Shown: positions 10,116 to 19,664, numbered from the stretch's first letter. The stretch is 64,000 bases of DNA from Anaerohalosphaeraceae bacterium (GCA_050309605.1 JBNRMN010000034.1:64001-128000), one strand, 5' to 3'. A program made the numbers and translations. The notes: generated from the sequence alone by a model not told the origin.

Positions 10116-11714
10116 ATGGATGGACTGACGGGTTCAATTCGGATGGCTTGGCTGGCGGCTGCGGCGGCAGGAGCGGTGCTGGCGGCGGGGTGGGTTTCAA
10201 GCGGATATGCCGTGTCGGGAAATGGAAGACAGATTGCCGACGCCAACCTGCCGGCGCTGACGTCGTCACCGAAAATCGCCGCCGTGATCGACTGCCATGG
10301 AATGATCGATGAGGGGCTGTATCAGTCCATTGTTCGCCGCAGCGAGGAGGCGATTGCCGCGGGGGCGGACTACCTTTTTTATGATATTCAAACCTACGGC
10401 GGACGGGTTGACAGCGCCGATGAAATCAGCAAGTATCTCATTCACGACGTGAGGCCGATGGCCCATACGGTGGCGTATATCAGCAAAGAGGCCATTTCCG
10501 CCGGCGCTATGGTCAGCGTGTCCTGCAAAGATATTCTAATGCGCAGACATACGACCATCGGCGCCAGTGCCCCGATGTCGATGGGCGGGACACTGGAAGG
10601 GGTCGAGCGTGAAAAGATCGAAAGCTACGTTCGTTCGGTGTTCAGCCGGGCCGCCGAGGCCAACGGCTACCCCGAAGCACTGCTCAAGGCGATGGTCACC
10701 CGACAGCTTGAGGTCTGGCAGGTCAAAAATCGGACCACCGGACAAATGGAATTTTTTGAGACCGAGCACCTGCCGACCGACCCCAATACCTATGATTTGA
10801 AGAACAAGCATCTGATTGTCAAAGATGATGAGATTCTGACGCTGACCGATTCCAAAGCGTATGAGTACGGCATTGCTCGGGCGGTGGTTGAGAATTTGGA
10901 TGAAGCGCTGGCGTTTCTGGCCGAGCGCGACGGGGTGGTTTTTGACCCCAAGGTGCTGTTCTTTAAACCGCTCTGGTCTGAACAAATGGTGCGGTGGATC
11001 AATTCGCCGGCGGTCGTCAGCGTCCTGGTGCTGGGGATTTTGCTGGGGATTTATGTGGAAATGAACACGCCGGGACTGGGGCTGCCGAGTCTGTTGGCGA
11101 TCCTCTGTCTGGTGGTTCTGGTCGGCAGTCGGTATTTGACCGGTATGGCCAACTGGATTGAGATTGCGATTTTGGTGATCGGCATCGTGCTGCTGCTGGT
11201 TGAGTTTTTTATTCTGCCCGGTTTCGGCGTGGCTGGATTTTTGGGTATTACGTGCATTTTGATCGGTTTATTCGGAATGCTCGTACGCACCGCGCCCGGG
11301 GAGATTCCCTGGCCCAAAAATCCGGCGGCCTGGCAGGAGTTTACCGACGGACTGATGGGCATTGCGGTCGGTTTTGCGGCGTTTTTGGTCGCAGTGCTGG
11401 TGTTGTCTCGGTATATGGATCGAATTCCTCTGTTTCGGTCGTTTGTGCTCAGCAGCGCCCTGGACAGGCCCGGCCGCTCAGATGCCGCCGTTGCATCGAA
11501 AGAAAACGCTGCCGTTCCGGCCGCGACTGCGCTTGGGCCGGGACAAATCGGGCGAACGATTTCGGTCTTGCGTCCGGCAGGCAAGGCGCGATTCGACGAC
11601 ACAATCGCCGATGTCGTTACCCGCGGCGAGTTCCTGGGCAAAGATATTTCGGTCACGATACTTGAAATCCGCGGCAACCGAATTGTTGTTGCGGCCGAAC
11701 AGTGGGAAACCTGA
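10116..11714 (+). CDS. Long NfeD: ClpP-class membrane-bound serine protease with TM region and OB-fold
   Basis: TYGG.VD, AISAGA (catalytic Ser), EREKI (Lys), a multi-TM region and a C-terminal LRPAGKARF OB-fold. Start is uncertain (10116 or 10143). Confidence 0.88.
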   Translation: MDGLTGSIRMAWLAAAAAGAVLAAGWVSSGYAVSGNGRQIADANLPALTSSPKIAAVIDCHGMIDEGLYQSIVRRSEEAIAAGADYLFYDIQTYGGRVDSADEISKYLIHDVRPMAHTVAYISKEAISAGAMVSVSCKDILMRRHTTIGASAPMSMGGTLEGVEREKIESYVRSVFSRAAEANGYPEALLKAMVTRQLEVWQVKNRTTGQMEFFETEHLPTDPNTYDLKNKHLIVKDDEILTLTDSKAYEYGIARAVVENLDEALAFLAERDGVVFDPKVLFFKPLWSEQMVRWINSPAVVSVLVLGILLGIYVEMNTPGLGLPSLLAILCLVVLVGSRYLTGMANWIEIAILVIGIVLLLVEFFILPGFGVAGFLGITCILIGLFGMLVRTAPGEIPWPKNPAAWQEFTDGLMGIAVGFAAFLVAVLVLSRYMDRIPLFRSFVLSSALDRPGRSDAAVASKENAAVPAATALGPGQIGRTISVLRPAGKARFDDTIADVVTRGEFLGKDISVTILEIRGNRIVVAAEQWET

Positions 11715-11728
11715 GTCGAGGCGAACGA

Positions 11729-12235
11729 ATGCTCATGGATATTGCCCTGATTGTGTTTGCGTTGTTTTTGTATATCGTCTGTGCCGTACTGACGGTGATG
11801 GAGATCTTTATCCCCAGTTTCGGATTGCTGACGCTGCTGGCAATCGGAACGTTTGTGTGGGGGGCGTCCCTGTTTTTTCAGGTCAGCACGGCGGTCGGCT
11901 GGTTTGGTGTGTTTACGGCGATGGTGGTGATACCCACGTTTTGGGTAATCACCTACAAGCTGTTTCCGAAAACCTCCATCGGACAGGCGATGGTGCTGAA
12001 GAATGTCTCGCGTTCGGCCGGCGATGCCATCGCGGACAAAGATGATCTGGCGCGATTGTCAGGCAAGCGCGGCAGGACGATGGGTCCGCTCAGGCCGGTG
12101 GGGGTTTGCGAGATTGAGGGCAAGCGGGTCATCTGCAGCGCCGAGGTGGGATTTATCCCCAAAGAGACTGAGATTGAAGTCATCCGTGTGGAAGGCAACA
12201 CGATTACCGTGCGAACAAAAGAAACACATATTTAA
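11729..12235 (+). CDS. Short NfeD-family protein (TM plus OB-fold)
   Basis: Hydrophobic N-half with EIFIPSFG; G..G.T..PLRPVG OB-fold. Confidence 0.88.
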   Translation: MLMDIALIVFALFLYIVCAVLTVMEIFIPSFGLLTLLAIGTFVWGASLFFQVSTAVGWFGVFTAMVVIPTFWVITYKLFPKTSIGQAMVLKNVSRSAGDAIADKDDLARLSGKRGRTMGPLRPVGVCEIEGKRVICSAEVGFIPKETEIEVIRVEGNTITVRTKETHI

Positions 12236-12253
12236 TTTCGAAAGGAGTCAACA

Positions 12254-13279
12254 ATGATCGAGGCATTGCTGCTTGCCAATGTTGTCCAGGTCGGCTTTTT
12301 TATCGTGATCGGCCTGATCTTACTGCTCTTTGTGATGCTGGTGATTTTTTACGGGAATTTGTGGCTTCAGGCCCGATTCTCAGGCGCTCCGGTCTCCTTT
12401 GCCGAACTGATCGGGATGTCGCTTCGCAAGGTCAATTCCCGCACGATTGTTGTGAGTCGAATTACCGCGGCCAAGGCGGGTTTGGAGCTGACCACGGCGC
12501 AGCTTGAAAGCCATTATCTTGCCGGCGGACGTGTGCCGAATGTCGTCAGTGCGCTGATTGCCGCCGACCGAGCCAATATCAATCTGTCCTGGCAGGTTGC
12601 CACCGCGATTGATCTTGCCGGACGCGATATTCTCGAAGCGGTGCAAACCAGCGTCAATCCCAAGGTCATCGACTGTCCCGATCCGCGCAAAGGCCGCGAA
12701 ACCGTCGATGCGGTCGCCCAGGACGGCATTCAGCTCAAGGCCAAGGCCCGCGTAACGGTTCGTGCCAATATCGAGCGACTCATCGGCGGAGCAACCGAGG
12801 AGACCATCATCGCGCGTGTCGGTGAGGGAATTGTCACCACCATCGGCAGCGCGGTCAACCACAAAAGCGTGCTGGAAAATCCCGACCGCATTTCACGAGC
12901 GGTGCTCGAAAAAGGCCTGGATGCCGGCACGGCCTTTGAAATCCTGTCCATTGATATCGCGGATGTCGATGTAGGGCAAAATATCGGCGCCCAGCTTCAG
13001 GGAGCACAGGCCGAGGCCGACAAACTTCGCGCCAAGGCCGAGGCGGAAAAACGACGCGCCATGGCCGTCGCGCGCGAACAGGAAATGCGTGCGCTGGTCG
13101 AAGAAAATCGCGCCAAAGTGGTGCTGGCCGAGGCGGAAATCCCGCTGGCCATGGCCGAGGCCTTTCGCAAGGGCAATCTCGGTGTGATGGATTACTATCG
13201 CCTGAAAAATATCAAATCCGATACTGAAATGCGCGAATCCATTGCCAAAGGTGACGCCAAGCCCAAGTCGGAGGACTGA
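12254..13279 (+). CDS. floA: Flotillin-like protein FloA (YqfA)
   Basis: [52 protein letters not shown] and GVMDYY motifs. Confidence 0.96.
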   Translation: MIEALLLANVVQVGFFIVIGLILLLFVMLVIFYGNLWLQARFSGAPVSFAELIGMSLRKVNSRTIVVSRITAAKAGLELTTAQLESHYLAGGRVPNVVSALIAADRANINLSWQVATAIDLAGRDILEAVQTSVNPKVIDCPDPRKGRETVDAVAQDGIQLKAKARVTVRANIERLIGGATEETIIARVGEGIVTTIGSAVNHKSVLENPDRISRAVLEKGLDAGTAFEILSIDIADVDVGQNIGAQLQGAQAEADKLRAKAEAEKRRAMAVAREQEMRALVEENRAKVVLAEAEIPLAMAEAFRKGNLGVMDYYRLKNIKSDTEMRESIAKGDAKPKSED

Positions 13280-13287
13280 TTGTGTCG

Positions 13288-14046
13288 ATGGCAGCCTATA
13301 CAATGCCGCCGGCAAACGGCGATTGGCTGGAGTTGCTTTTCCCCATTGTGCTGATGGTGGTTTACTGGGCTGCGGCGGTGGGCAAGGCATTTATGGCGCG
13401 CGCAAAGCAAAAAGATCAGCAGGCCGAGAGTGCTTCACGATCGGATGTGCCGGAGCGATCAGCGCCGCGGTTTAAGCCGCTTGATCAAGCCGCTCGCTCC
13501 CGTCAACAGACGCCGCCGCAGCGAACGCTGCCGTATGCGCGCACAGCATCCCGAAGTTCCGGTCTGCCCTCGGAGCCGTCCTATGCCGATCAGGAGGCCC
13601 GACGGCGCGCCGATCAGGAACGTCAACAGCAGATCGAACAACGTCGGCTTCGACACATCGAGGCGTTGCGCCGTCAGCAATTGCAGCGAAAACAGTATAT
13701 GCAGCGTCAGCAGCAGATTCAGCAACAAGCGTCACAGTCGGTCAAGGCGGCTCAAACCGTCGGACAGCGGGTCTTGCGGTCGCCGGGCAGTGTGTCCAAG
13801 ACTCCGCAGGAGGCCTTGAGGCAGGCGCGCACCGGAAAACCGGTCGGCGTCGGGGCGGCCGCTGCACGTCCGGCTGCAGGCAAGGAGCCGCCTCAAGTCC
13901 GCCCAGCAATACGGCAAGAGCCAATCGAAGCGGGCGGCTCGTCCGCGGCCGAATTGCGCCGAATGCTGCAAAAACGCGGAAGTTTGCGTACGGCGTTTGT
14001 GCTGAAGGAAATCCTTGATTTGCCGATGGCTTTGCGGGACGGGTAA
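13288..14046 (+). CDS. Hypothetical protein (YqfB-like position: N-terminal TM, low-complexity coiled region)
   Basis: Last gene of the nfeD-floA operon; C-terminal 'LRTAFVLKEILDLPMALR' resembles YqfB-like tails. Confidence 0.65.
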   Translation: MAAYTMPPANGDWLELLFPIVLMVVYWAAAVGKAFMARAKQKDQQAESASRSDVPERSAPRFKPLDQAARSRQQTPPQRTLPYARTASRSSGLPSEPSYADQEARRRADQERQQQIEQRRLRHIEALRRQQLQRKQYMQRQQQIQQQASQSVKAAQTVGQRVLRSPGSVSKTPQEALRQARTGKPVGVGAAAARPAAGKEPPQVRPAIRQEPIEAGGSSAAELRRMLQKRGSLRTAFVLKEILDLPMALRDG

Positions 14047-14109
14047 AACCCTGTTTTACCGCGGATTGACTGCTGCATTCAGTCGATTTGGCGAAATATT
14101 TGCCGGATA

Positions 14110-14892
14110 TTAGTCGTCTGTTTGTCGCCGGGCGGCCAGAATCGCTGCGCCCAGGGCGCCGGTAAACTGTGGCGATTGACAGACCTTGACCGGTTGAGCC
14201 AGGACGGTTTCAAAGGCCTCGCGCATTCCCGAAATCAGCGCTGCGCCGCCGGTAAAATAGACGGGGCTTTGGATCAGGCCGCCGCCCATTGCCGCCAGTC
14301 GGCGTACGATGGCGTTTTGCACGCCGGCGATAATATTTTCGCGCGATTGGCCCTGGGCGAGCAGGCCGACGATCTCGGTCTCGGCAAAAACCACACAAAT
14401 GCTGCTGACGGCTGCGGGGGCATCGCTGCGGCGGGCGTAATCACCCAGCTCATCCAGCGGCACATCCAGCCGGTCGGCGACGACTTCCAGGAATCGCCCG
14501 GTCCCGGCGGCGCAGCGATCGTTCATCACAAAATCCCGCACCTTGCCCCGGCTGTCCAGTCGAATGAGTTTGCTGTCCTGTCCGCCGATGTCGATGACGG
14601 TGGCGACGTCCGGGTGCAGATGGGCGGCGCCGACGGCATGGCAGGTGATTTCGGTGATCGTCGTATCGCTTACATTCACGAGCCTGCGTCCGTAGCCGGT
14701 CGCGGCCACAGCGGCGACGCGACTGCGATTGATCTTTACCTCATTGAGGAGATCATAAAACAGGCGTCGAGCGCGACTCTGCTGATCGGCGCCCTGGTCG
14801 TCCAAGCGGCGGGCCAACACGGTTTGCTGTTGACTGTCCCACAGCACGGCCTTAAGCGTGCGCGAGCCGGCGTCAATGCCTGCGGTAATCAT
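14110..14892 (-). CDS. ATP-dependent [4Fe-4S] activase (HgdC/BcrAD/DCCP-R type ASKHA ATPase)
   Basis: GIDAGSRTLK, ATGYGR, IDIGGQDSK, MNDRCAAGTGRF and SSICVVFAE (two cluster Cys). Confidence 0.94.
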   Translation of the reverse strand: MITAGIDAGSRTLKAVLWDSQQQTVLARRLDDQGADQQSRARRLFYDLLNEVKINRSRVAAVAATGYGRRLVNVSDTTITEITCHAVGAAHLHPDVATVIDIGGQDSKLIRLDSRGKVRDFVMNDRCAAGTGRFLEVVADRLDVPLDELGDYARRSDAPAAVSSICVVFAETEIVGLLAQGQSRENIIAGVQNAIVRRLAAMGGGLIQSPVYFTGGAALISGMREAFETVLAQPVKVCQSPQFTGALGAAILAARRQTDD

Positions 14893-16280
14893 ATTGCTCT
14901 CCTGCTTTTTGCGGTTTCGATTAAGGCTTCCAATCGCGTTGTCAGCGATGATTCATACGGGTCAATCAGCGTGGGAATTTCGATATCCAGAACGGCAAGC
15001 GCGGTGTGGTTTCGAATGCAGTCGGCAATGAGTCTGCCTTCTGTGGCGCAGTGGCTGGCGCCGGGGATGCGGCTGAATACGACCGCCTCGGCGCCGACGG
15101 TATGAATGCTGCGCAGGATACCTCCTGCTCGTCGTTGAGCTGAGCCGGCCATCGGATCGGCCAGGGCGGCTGTGGCCAGGGCGACAAACGGGTCATCGGT
15201 TTCATCGATGGACATTAAAGCGTGCGGGAACATCAGCTCCGTGCCGCAGAGCCGTCCGCCGCACTGTTCCATCAGATTCATTGCATAGACATCTGCCGGC
15301 GGATTGACCCAGAAAACACGTACCGGTTCATTTGAAAGGACGCCGAGGTTGTTTTCGACGCGGCGGTTCACCTCGTTCAGCAGGCCGGTCAGGACGACCT
15401 CGGTCTCGTTCGGATCGGAACAAAAGTGAATCGCCAGCATCTCGGCCAGCATCATCTCCAGCGCCGGCAGGGGACATCGCGGTGCGGAGAACACCCTCAT
15501 TTTCAGGGTTCTCAAAAGCTTCCGGATGCGATTGGTTTGACGGATCGAAGTTCTGAGTTGTTGATGATCAAGCGGCCGGCCCGCAACCTCTGCGAGATAG
15601 TCGGCCACACGCATCAACTCACATCGCACATAATCGATTTGTTGTTCCGATGCCGTCAGGCCGTTGGGTCGAACACGGGCTGTTTGGCCGTTGTGCGGGT
15701 TGCGGTAATGGGGCATTTCCCACCAGAAGATTTCAAATCCGAGGCTTTCCAGCCGTGCCGCGGCGATGGAAAAATCGTCGCAGGTGGCCCCGACACTGCA
15801 CACGAGGGCGTCGGGAATCGGAAAATGCTGTCCGTTGACAAATGCCCCGACCATGGCGCGGACCGGACAAAACGCAGCGTCCAGTCCATATTGGTCGGCC
15901 AGCTCGAACAGGCCGTCTCGCTGCTGTTTGAAGCAGGGAATCCACCAGGCCGCGTCAGGATAAAACGCCGTCAGATTTTCAAAGGCGTATGCAATGACCG
16001 GTATCGTGCCGAGGTCTTTCATTGTGCCGATGATTTTGTTGCCCTGCCGGCGCCACAGCCGCAGGCGGTCTTCTTCGGTCAGTATCAAGTTCCACAAGGC
16101 CAGCGCCGCCGGCGCGTTGTCAAACCGCAGCCGGTCAAGCCGTTTGTCGCCGGCGTTAAAATGACGCTGCAGCGGCCCGCCGTAAAAGCGTTCTTTCAGG
16201 TCGGCCTCGCAAAGCTGTCGGTAGCGCTGCTGCCACTGGTCAAGCGTCAGTTGTGCAGGCGGTACGTTCATCGCTCCCAT
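14889..16280 (-). CDS. 2-hydroxyacyl-CoA dehydratase (HgdAB/BcrBC) family subunit, divergent
   Basis: FCPVRA, GATCDD, GASHC and C-terminal TRLEALIE; overlaps both neighbouring genes. Confidence 0.8.
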   Translation of the reverse strand: MGAMNVPPAQLTLDQWQQRYRQLCEADLKERFYGGPLQRHFNAGDKRLDRLRFDNAPAALALWNLILTEEDRLRLWRRQGNKIIGTMKDLGTIPVIAYAFENLTAFYPDAAWWIPCFKQQRDGLFELADQYGLDAAFCPVRAMVGAFVNGQHFPIPDALVCSVGATCDDFSIAAARLESLGFEIFWWEMPHYRNPHNGQTARVRPNGLTASEQQIDYVRCELMRVADYLAEVAGRPLDHQQLRTSIRQTNRIRKLLRTLKMRVFSAPRCPLPALEMMLAEMLAIHFCSDPNETEVVLTGLLNEVNRRVENNLGVLSNEPVRVFWVNPPADVYAMNLMEQCGGRLCGTELMFPHALMSIDETDDPFVALATAALADPMAGSAQRRAGGILRSIHTVGAEAVVFSRIPGASHCATEGRLIADCIRNHTALAVLDIEIPTLIDPYESSLTTRLEALIETAKSRRAI

Positions 16281-17119
16281 TGCTCCAAAAAAGCGTCCAG
16301 CCGCGACAGCGAAGCTGCTGACAGACGTGCGCAGGAATCGGTTTCAATGCAGATAAGCGGTACGGTAAGTCGCTTGCGCAGATCGAATATCGCCGCCTTC
16401 CAGTAATCACAGAACGGATGCCGGATGACCATCGCGCCAAGAACCCGACGGCGATGGATCGCCTCGCTGAGCCGGTCGAAAAACGGCTCAGCCGGACGCC
16501 GCCAGATCGCAGGCGTTGTCAGATAATGGTCGGCCAGCGCCGCAAGCGGAGGGCTGTTGCCCGCTGTCGGCTCGAAGGGCGTTCGCAGATTTTGCCATGC
16601 CGATTCGGTGCCGTTGAAAACAATCGGCAGACCGCGTGCGGCCGTAAGTTGAGTCAGATCGAAAAAATCGCACTCAAACAACGGCCCGCCGATCACGGCA
16701 AGCCCCTTGTCCTGCGATTCGACGGTTTGGGATGCTGAGTGATTCATTGGATCGGTCAGGAGGGCGGGATTAGTTCGACCGCCGTCCAGCTCGACCAGAC
16801 CGCGTTCCAGCCGTTCAAACTCGTCGCAAAGGATGGTGCGTGCCGTCGGGCTGCCGGTTTTGGGGATGTTCAGCAAAAACGCCGGTTTGTCCGATTGAAG
16901 GGTGTGTCTCTCATACATACGCCTCATCTGGTCGCAGCCGGTGGTAAAAACCGCCGCATCGACCTGTCGGACCGCAGCGGAAAAGGCGTTTGCCCACGCA
17001 CAAAGACCTTCGATCTCGTCGCGTCGTTCCGGCGTTGGTTCGGGACGACAGGGCGTGTGGCCGCAGGCGGTAATCAGCTCAATCGGAACAAACGGACAAC
17101 AATAACCGATTCTTGCCAT
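16268..17119 (-). CDS. Short HgdAB-family subunit
   Basis: IGYCCPFVPIELI, GLC, TTGCDQMRR, FCDYW and SRLDAFLE. Confidence 0.78.
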   Translation of the reverse strand: MARIGYCCPFVPIELITACGHTPCRPEPTPERRDEIEGLCAWANAFSAAVRQVDAAVFTTGCDQMRRMYERHTLQSDKPAFLLNIPKTGSPTARTILCDEFERLERGLVELDGGRTNPALLTDPMNHSASQTVESQDKGLAVIGGPLFECDFFDLTQLTAARGLPIVFNGTESAWQNLRTPFEPTAGNSPPLAALADHYLTTPAIWRRPAEPFFDRLSEAIHRRRVLGAMVIRHPFCDYWKAAIFDLRKRLTVPLICIETDSCARLSAASLSRLDAFLEQWER

Positions 17120-17123
17120 CGTA

Positions 17124-18269
17124 TCAGCCTGTCCTTTCGCGCAGCGTTTCGATGAGCGCTTCGATGCGCACCGACAGCCGGGGCGAATCCGACGGCGCAT
17201 AATCGGTCACGATTTTCAAATAGCCCAGACCTTTGCGCTCGGCCAGTTGACGCACATGATAGGATTCCACATCGTATGTCAGACAACCCTGCCAGACGAG
17301 ATCGATGATGCAGTCGGCGCTGTAGTCCTCGGTCAATTGATCGAGCAGCTCAAGCCGTCGCGTATTCGGCGTCATCACCGAGCAGGGCAGATGGAAATAC
17401 GTCTCGGCAATCGCCTCCAGCGGATCGATGGCCTGTTCCTCTACATCGTCAAGAACGGGTTTGATGCCGGTACAGTTTTCCATACACACCACCCGTGCAC
17501 CGGTGTGTTCGATTAAATCAACAATACGCTCGGCGCCGTGGACAGTCGGCACGCCGGTCAATAACACACGAATGCCGCTGTCGATGGTTGAACCGGCTGT
17601 GTCGGCAGATTCAAGCAATCGCTCATATTCATTCAAATCGTCCTCGATGCCGGAGATGATGCTTTTGAAGTCCAGCAGCCGTCGGCCTGTCCACGGCGGC
17701 CGGGGGCGTTTCATTTGCTCGGCCAGTTGCCGCCGCAATGCGCGTTCGCGATTCATTCGTTTGATGGCGCTGCGCAGCGCGTCGTCCGTGATACGGCACG
17801 ACAGACGGTCTTCGAGTACTGCTTTGAGTTTTCGCACCTCGGCCAGCCAATGCGTTCGGGCATTCGGGTCGTCGGCCTTTTGCGGCAGTTCAAGGATGTG
17901 CATCGGACGTTGCTGTGCCATTAGCTCGAACATTTTCTTCTTGCCGTCGCAGGTGGTCTCAGCCACGATCAAATCGGCCATAGCCAGAAAGGGGTTGCTG
18001 TCGGTGATGTGGTAGCCATAGGTGGATTTAATCAGGGGGCACAGGCCGGCGGGCAGGTCCTGTTCGGCCGGGGCAATTGTTTCCAGCGACCCGCCGCACA
18101 GACACACCGGCACACCGCCGGCGGCAAGAATCAGTTCGCGCGGTGTGTATTCGCACATAATCCCGACGATGGGACGACCCTGGGATTGGGCGGCTGTCGC
18201 AAAGGCGTAACAGTGTTGAATCATTTGATCGAAGCGGCATTGTATCTGCGGGTTTTGGTTCTGTGTCAT
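17124..18269 (-). CDS. Double-cubane cluster protein (DCCP)-like anaerobic reductase, HgdAB family
   Basis: CEYTP.ELI.AAG..PV.LC, LP..LCPLIKS.YG, ETTCDGKKKMFE, ENCTG.K, CSVMTPN, QGC.TY..E and TDY..SD...L..RIEA. The Cys pattern fits the DCCP subfamily. Confidence 0.85.
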   Translation of the reverse strand: MTQNQNPQIQCRFDQMIQHCYAFATAAQSQGRPIVGIMCEYTPRELILAAGGVPVCLCGGSLETIAPAEQDLPAGLCPLIKSTYGYHITDSNPFLAMADLIVAETTCDGKKKMFELMAQQRPMHILELPQKADDPNARTHWLAEVRKLKAVLEDRLSCRITDDALRSAIKRMNRERALRRQLAEQMKRPRPPWTGRRLLDFKSIISGIEDDLNEYERLLESADTAGSTIDSGIRVLLTGVPTVHGAERIVDLIEHTGARVVCMENCTGIKPVLDDVEEQAIDPLEAIAETYFHLPCSVMTPNTRRLELLDQLTEDYSADCIIDLVWQGCLTYDVESYHVRQLAERKGLGYLKIVTDYAPSDSPRLSVRIEALIETLRERTG

Positions 18270-18308
18270 TTGAATGTTCCTCTGACGATCAGGGGCTCAA
18301 ATCGATTC

Positions 18309-19124
18309 TTATGCGGTTTTTACCGCGACGAACAAAGCCTGGATGATTTTGCCCTCGCGGGCCAGTTTTTCCATGGCGGCCATCTCTTTGCCGATGGTGT
18401 TGAGCAGGGTCTGGTCAAAGCCGATAATTTTCAGGGCGTCATACGTAAGCTGCGTACCGACCATTTTTTGATAGAGTTCCACATGGTCGGCAAAGCGGCC
18501 GGTGTCTTCCAGGTGCTTGACGGTGCAGCCGCTTTGTTCAAGCAGAGCGGCGTATCCGCTGCGGCTCTGAAGGTTGGGGAATTTCATAAACGCCAGTGTC
18601 CGCTGCAATTCCTCGGCGGTCATCGGCACATCGCCGAGCACCCAGTCGGTAAAGGCAATCGTACCGCCGGGGCGGACGATGCGGCAGGCCTCGGCAATCA
18701 TCGTGTCTTTGTCTTCCACATAGCACCAGGCGTCCTCGCCCCAGACGAAATCGGCGCTGGCAGCGGCAAGTCCGCTATTGCAGACATCGGCCAGGACAAA
18801 CTGAATCTTATCGTCAGAATGTTCTTCCTGGCAACGTTTTTTACCCAGTTCGACCATCGCTGCTGTGGCATCAACGCCGGTCATGGCGGCGACGCCGCAG
18901 AACCGCACGAGGAAGCGCATCCCTGCGCCGCTGCAGCAGCAGAAATCCACGCCTTTGGTACCGGGCTGAATTGCGGCCTTCTTGGCCAGATCCATCGACG
19001 AGGTCAATCCGCCGATATGAATCTGCTCGCCCATGAGCAATTCCCAGAGTTTGCCTTCGGGGCCGCTATAAACCGTTTGAACCGCTGCCAGCGGACTGTT
19101 TGATTGTTGTGCTGTTTGCTTCAT
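18309..19124 (-). CDS. Class I SAM-dependent methyltransferase (sarcosine/sterol MTase-like fold)
   Basis: GEQIHIGG, motif I variant VDFCCCSGAG, GVDAT, ADV and RIVRPGG.IAFTDW. Confidence 0.9.
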   Translation of the reverse strand: MKQTAQQSNSPLAAVQTVYSGPEGKLWELLMGEQIHIGGLTSSMDLAKKAAIQPGTKGVDFCCCSGAGMRFLVRFCGVAAMTGVDATAAMVELGKKRCQEEHSDDKIQFVLADVCNSGLAAASADFVWGEDAWCYVEDKDTMIAEACRIVRPGGTIAFTDWVLGDVPMTAEELQRTLAFMKFPNLQSRSGYAALLEQSGCTVKHLEDTGRFADHVELYQKMVGTQLTYDALKIIGFDQTLLNTIGKEMAAMEKLAREGKIIQALFVAVKTA

Positions 19125-19140
19125 TGTGTAATCCGTTGAT

Positions 19141-19174
19141 AAAAAAAGCGGGCCGAAACTGTTTTTCGACCCGC
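19141..19174 (-). terminator. Intrinsic terminator between the small Sec ORF and the methyltransferase
   Basis: Minus strand GCGGGUCGAAA-AACAG-UUUCGGCCCGC followed by U7 (11-bp stem). Confidence 0.8.
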
Positions 19175-19203
19175 CGATACTTGCTCTGTTGTGTGAGGAC
19201 TGC

Positions 19204-19464
19204 TTATCGCGTCAACTCCTCAATCGAATACCATCGGTTTTCCTGGTGGACGGTAAACGGTCCGGAATCGATGTCGATTTCGATGCGGAACCGCCTGCGG
19301 AAGTCCTCTGGCACTCGCCACGAGTACCGGCAGGTGCTGCCTCACCCATACTCCATAGAGCCGGTGCGCAGGAAACCGCCGTCTTCAAGCCGAGCTGTTT
19401 CGAAGTTTGTATAGAAAAACGAATAGCCAGGAGATTGCGAATGTTTTTTTTCGATTCCCGTCAT
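19204..19464 (-). CDS. Putative small soluble selenoprotein, 86 aa, U41-x3-C45 (absent from the ORF track)
   Basis: MTGIEKKHSQSPGYSFFYTNFETARLEDGGFLRTGSMEYG-U-GSTCRYSWRVPEDFRRRFRIEIDIDSGPFTVHQENRWYSIEELTR*. TGA at 19344-19342; the frame stays open to TAA 19204; SECIS-like hairpin; divergent from selAB. Confidence 0.78.
19310..19328 (-). promoter_or_regulatory. Bacterial SECIS-like hairpin
   Basis: GGUACUCG-UGG-CGAGUGCC, 13 nt after the UGA; G-containing apical loop. Confidence 0.75.
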
Positions 19465-19636
19465 GACTCCGATTCCAATGTGTCCGTCAATTCTTTAAAG
19501 ACGTTTGCCGTACGACGGTGTTACGAAGATTTTTGTTATTTTTTACCGTTTTAACAGAAAAAAAGCAAGCGGATTCAACGACATTTTTGTATTGTACAAA
19601 AAAAGCACAAAATGTCTTGAATTTAAGTGTCTTGGC

Positions 19637-19664
19637 TTGCTTTTTGGGCGGATCGGCGTACAAT
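19637..19664 (+). promoter_or_regulatory. Candidate sigma70 promoter for selAB
   Basis: TTGCTT-N16-TACAAT, about 46 nt upstream of the selA ATG, in an AT-rich divergent region. Confidence 0.45.

Noticed and set aside
17100..17126. Sec read-through at other TGA stops (DCCP-like gene, floA, rluA, radical SAM, the ORF ending at 52075)
   Set aside because: The proteins appear complete at the TGA, next genes often start immediately, and no matching stem-UGG hairpin was seen by eye.
19189..19554. Plus-strand ORFs of 121 aa and 104 aa in the MTase-selA gap
   Set aside because: No recognisable features or RBS. They are antisense shadows of the better-supported minus-strand UGA ORF.
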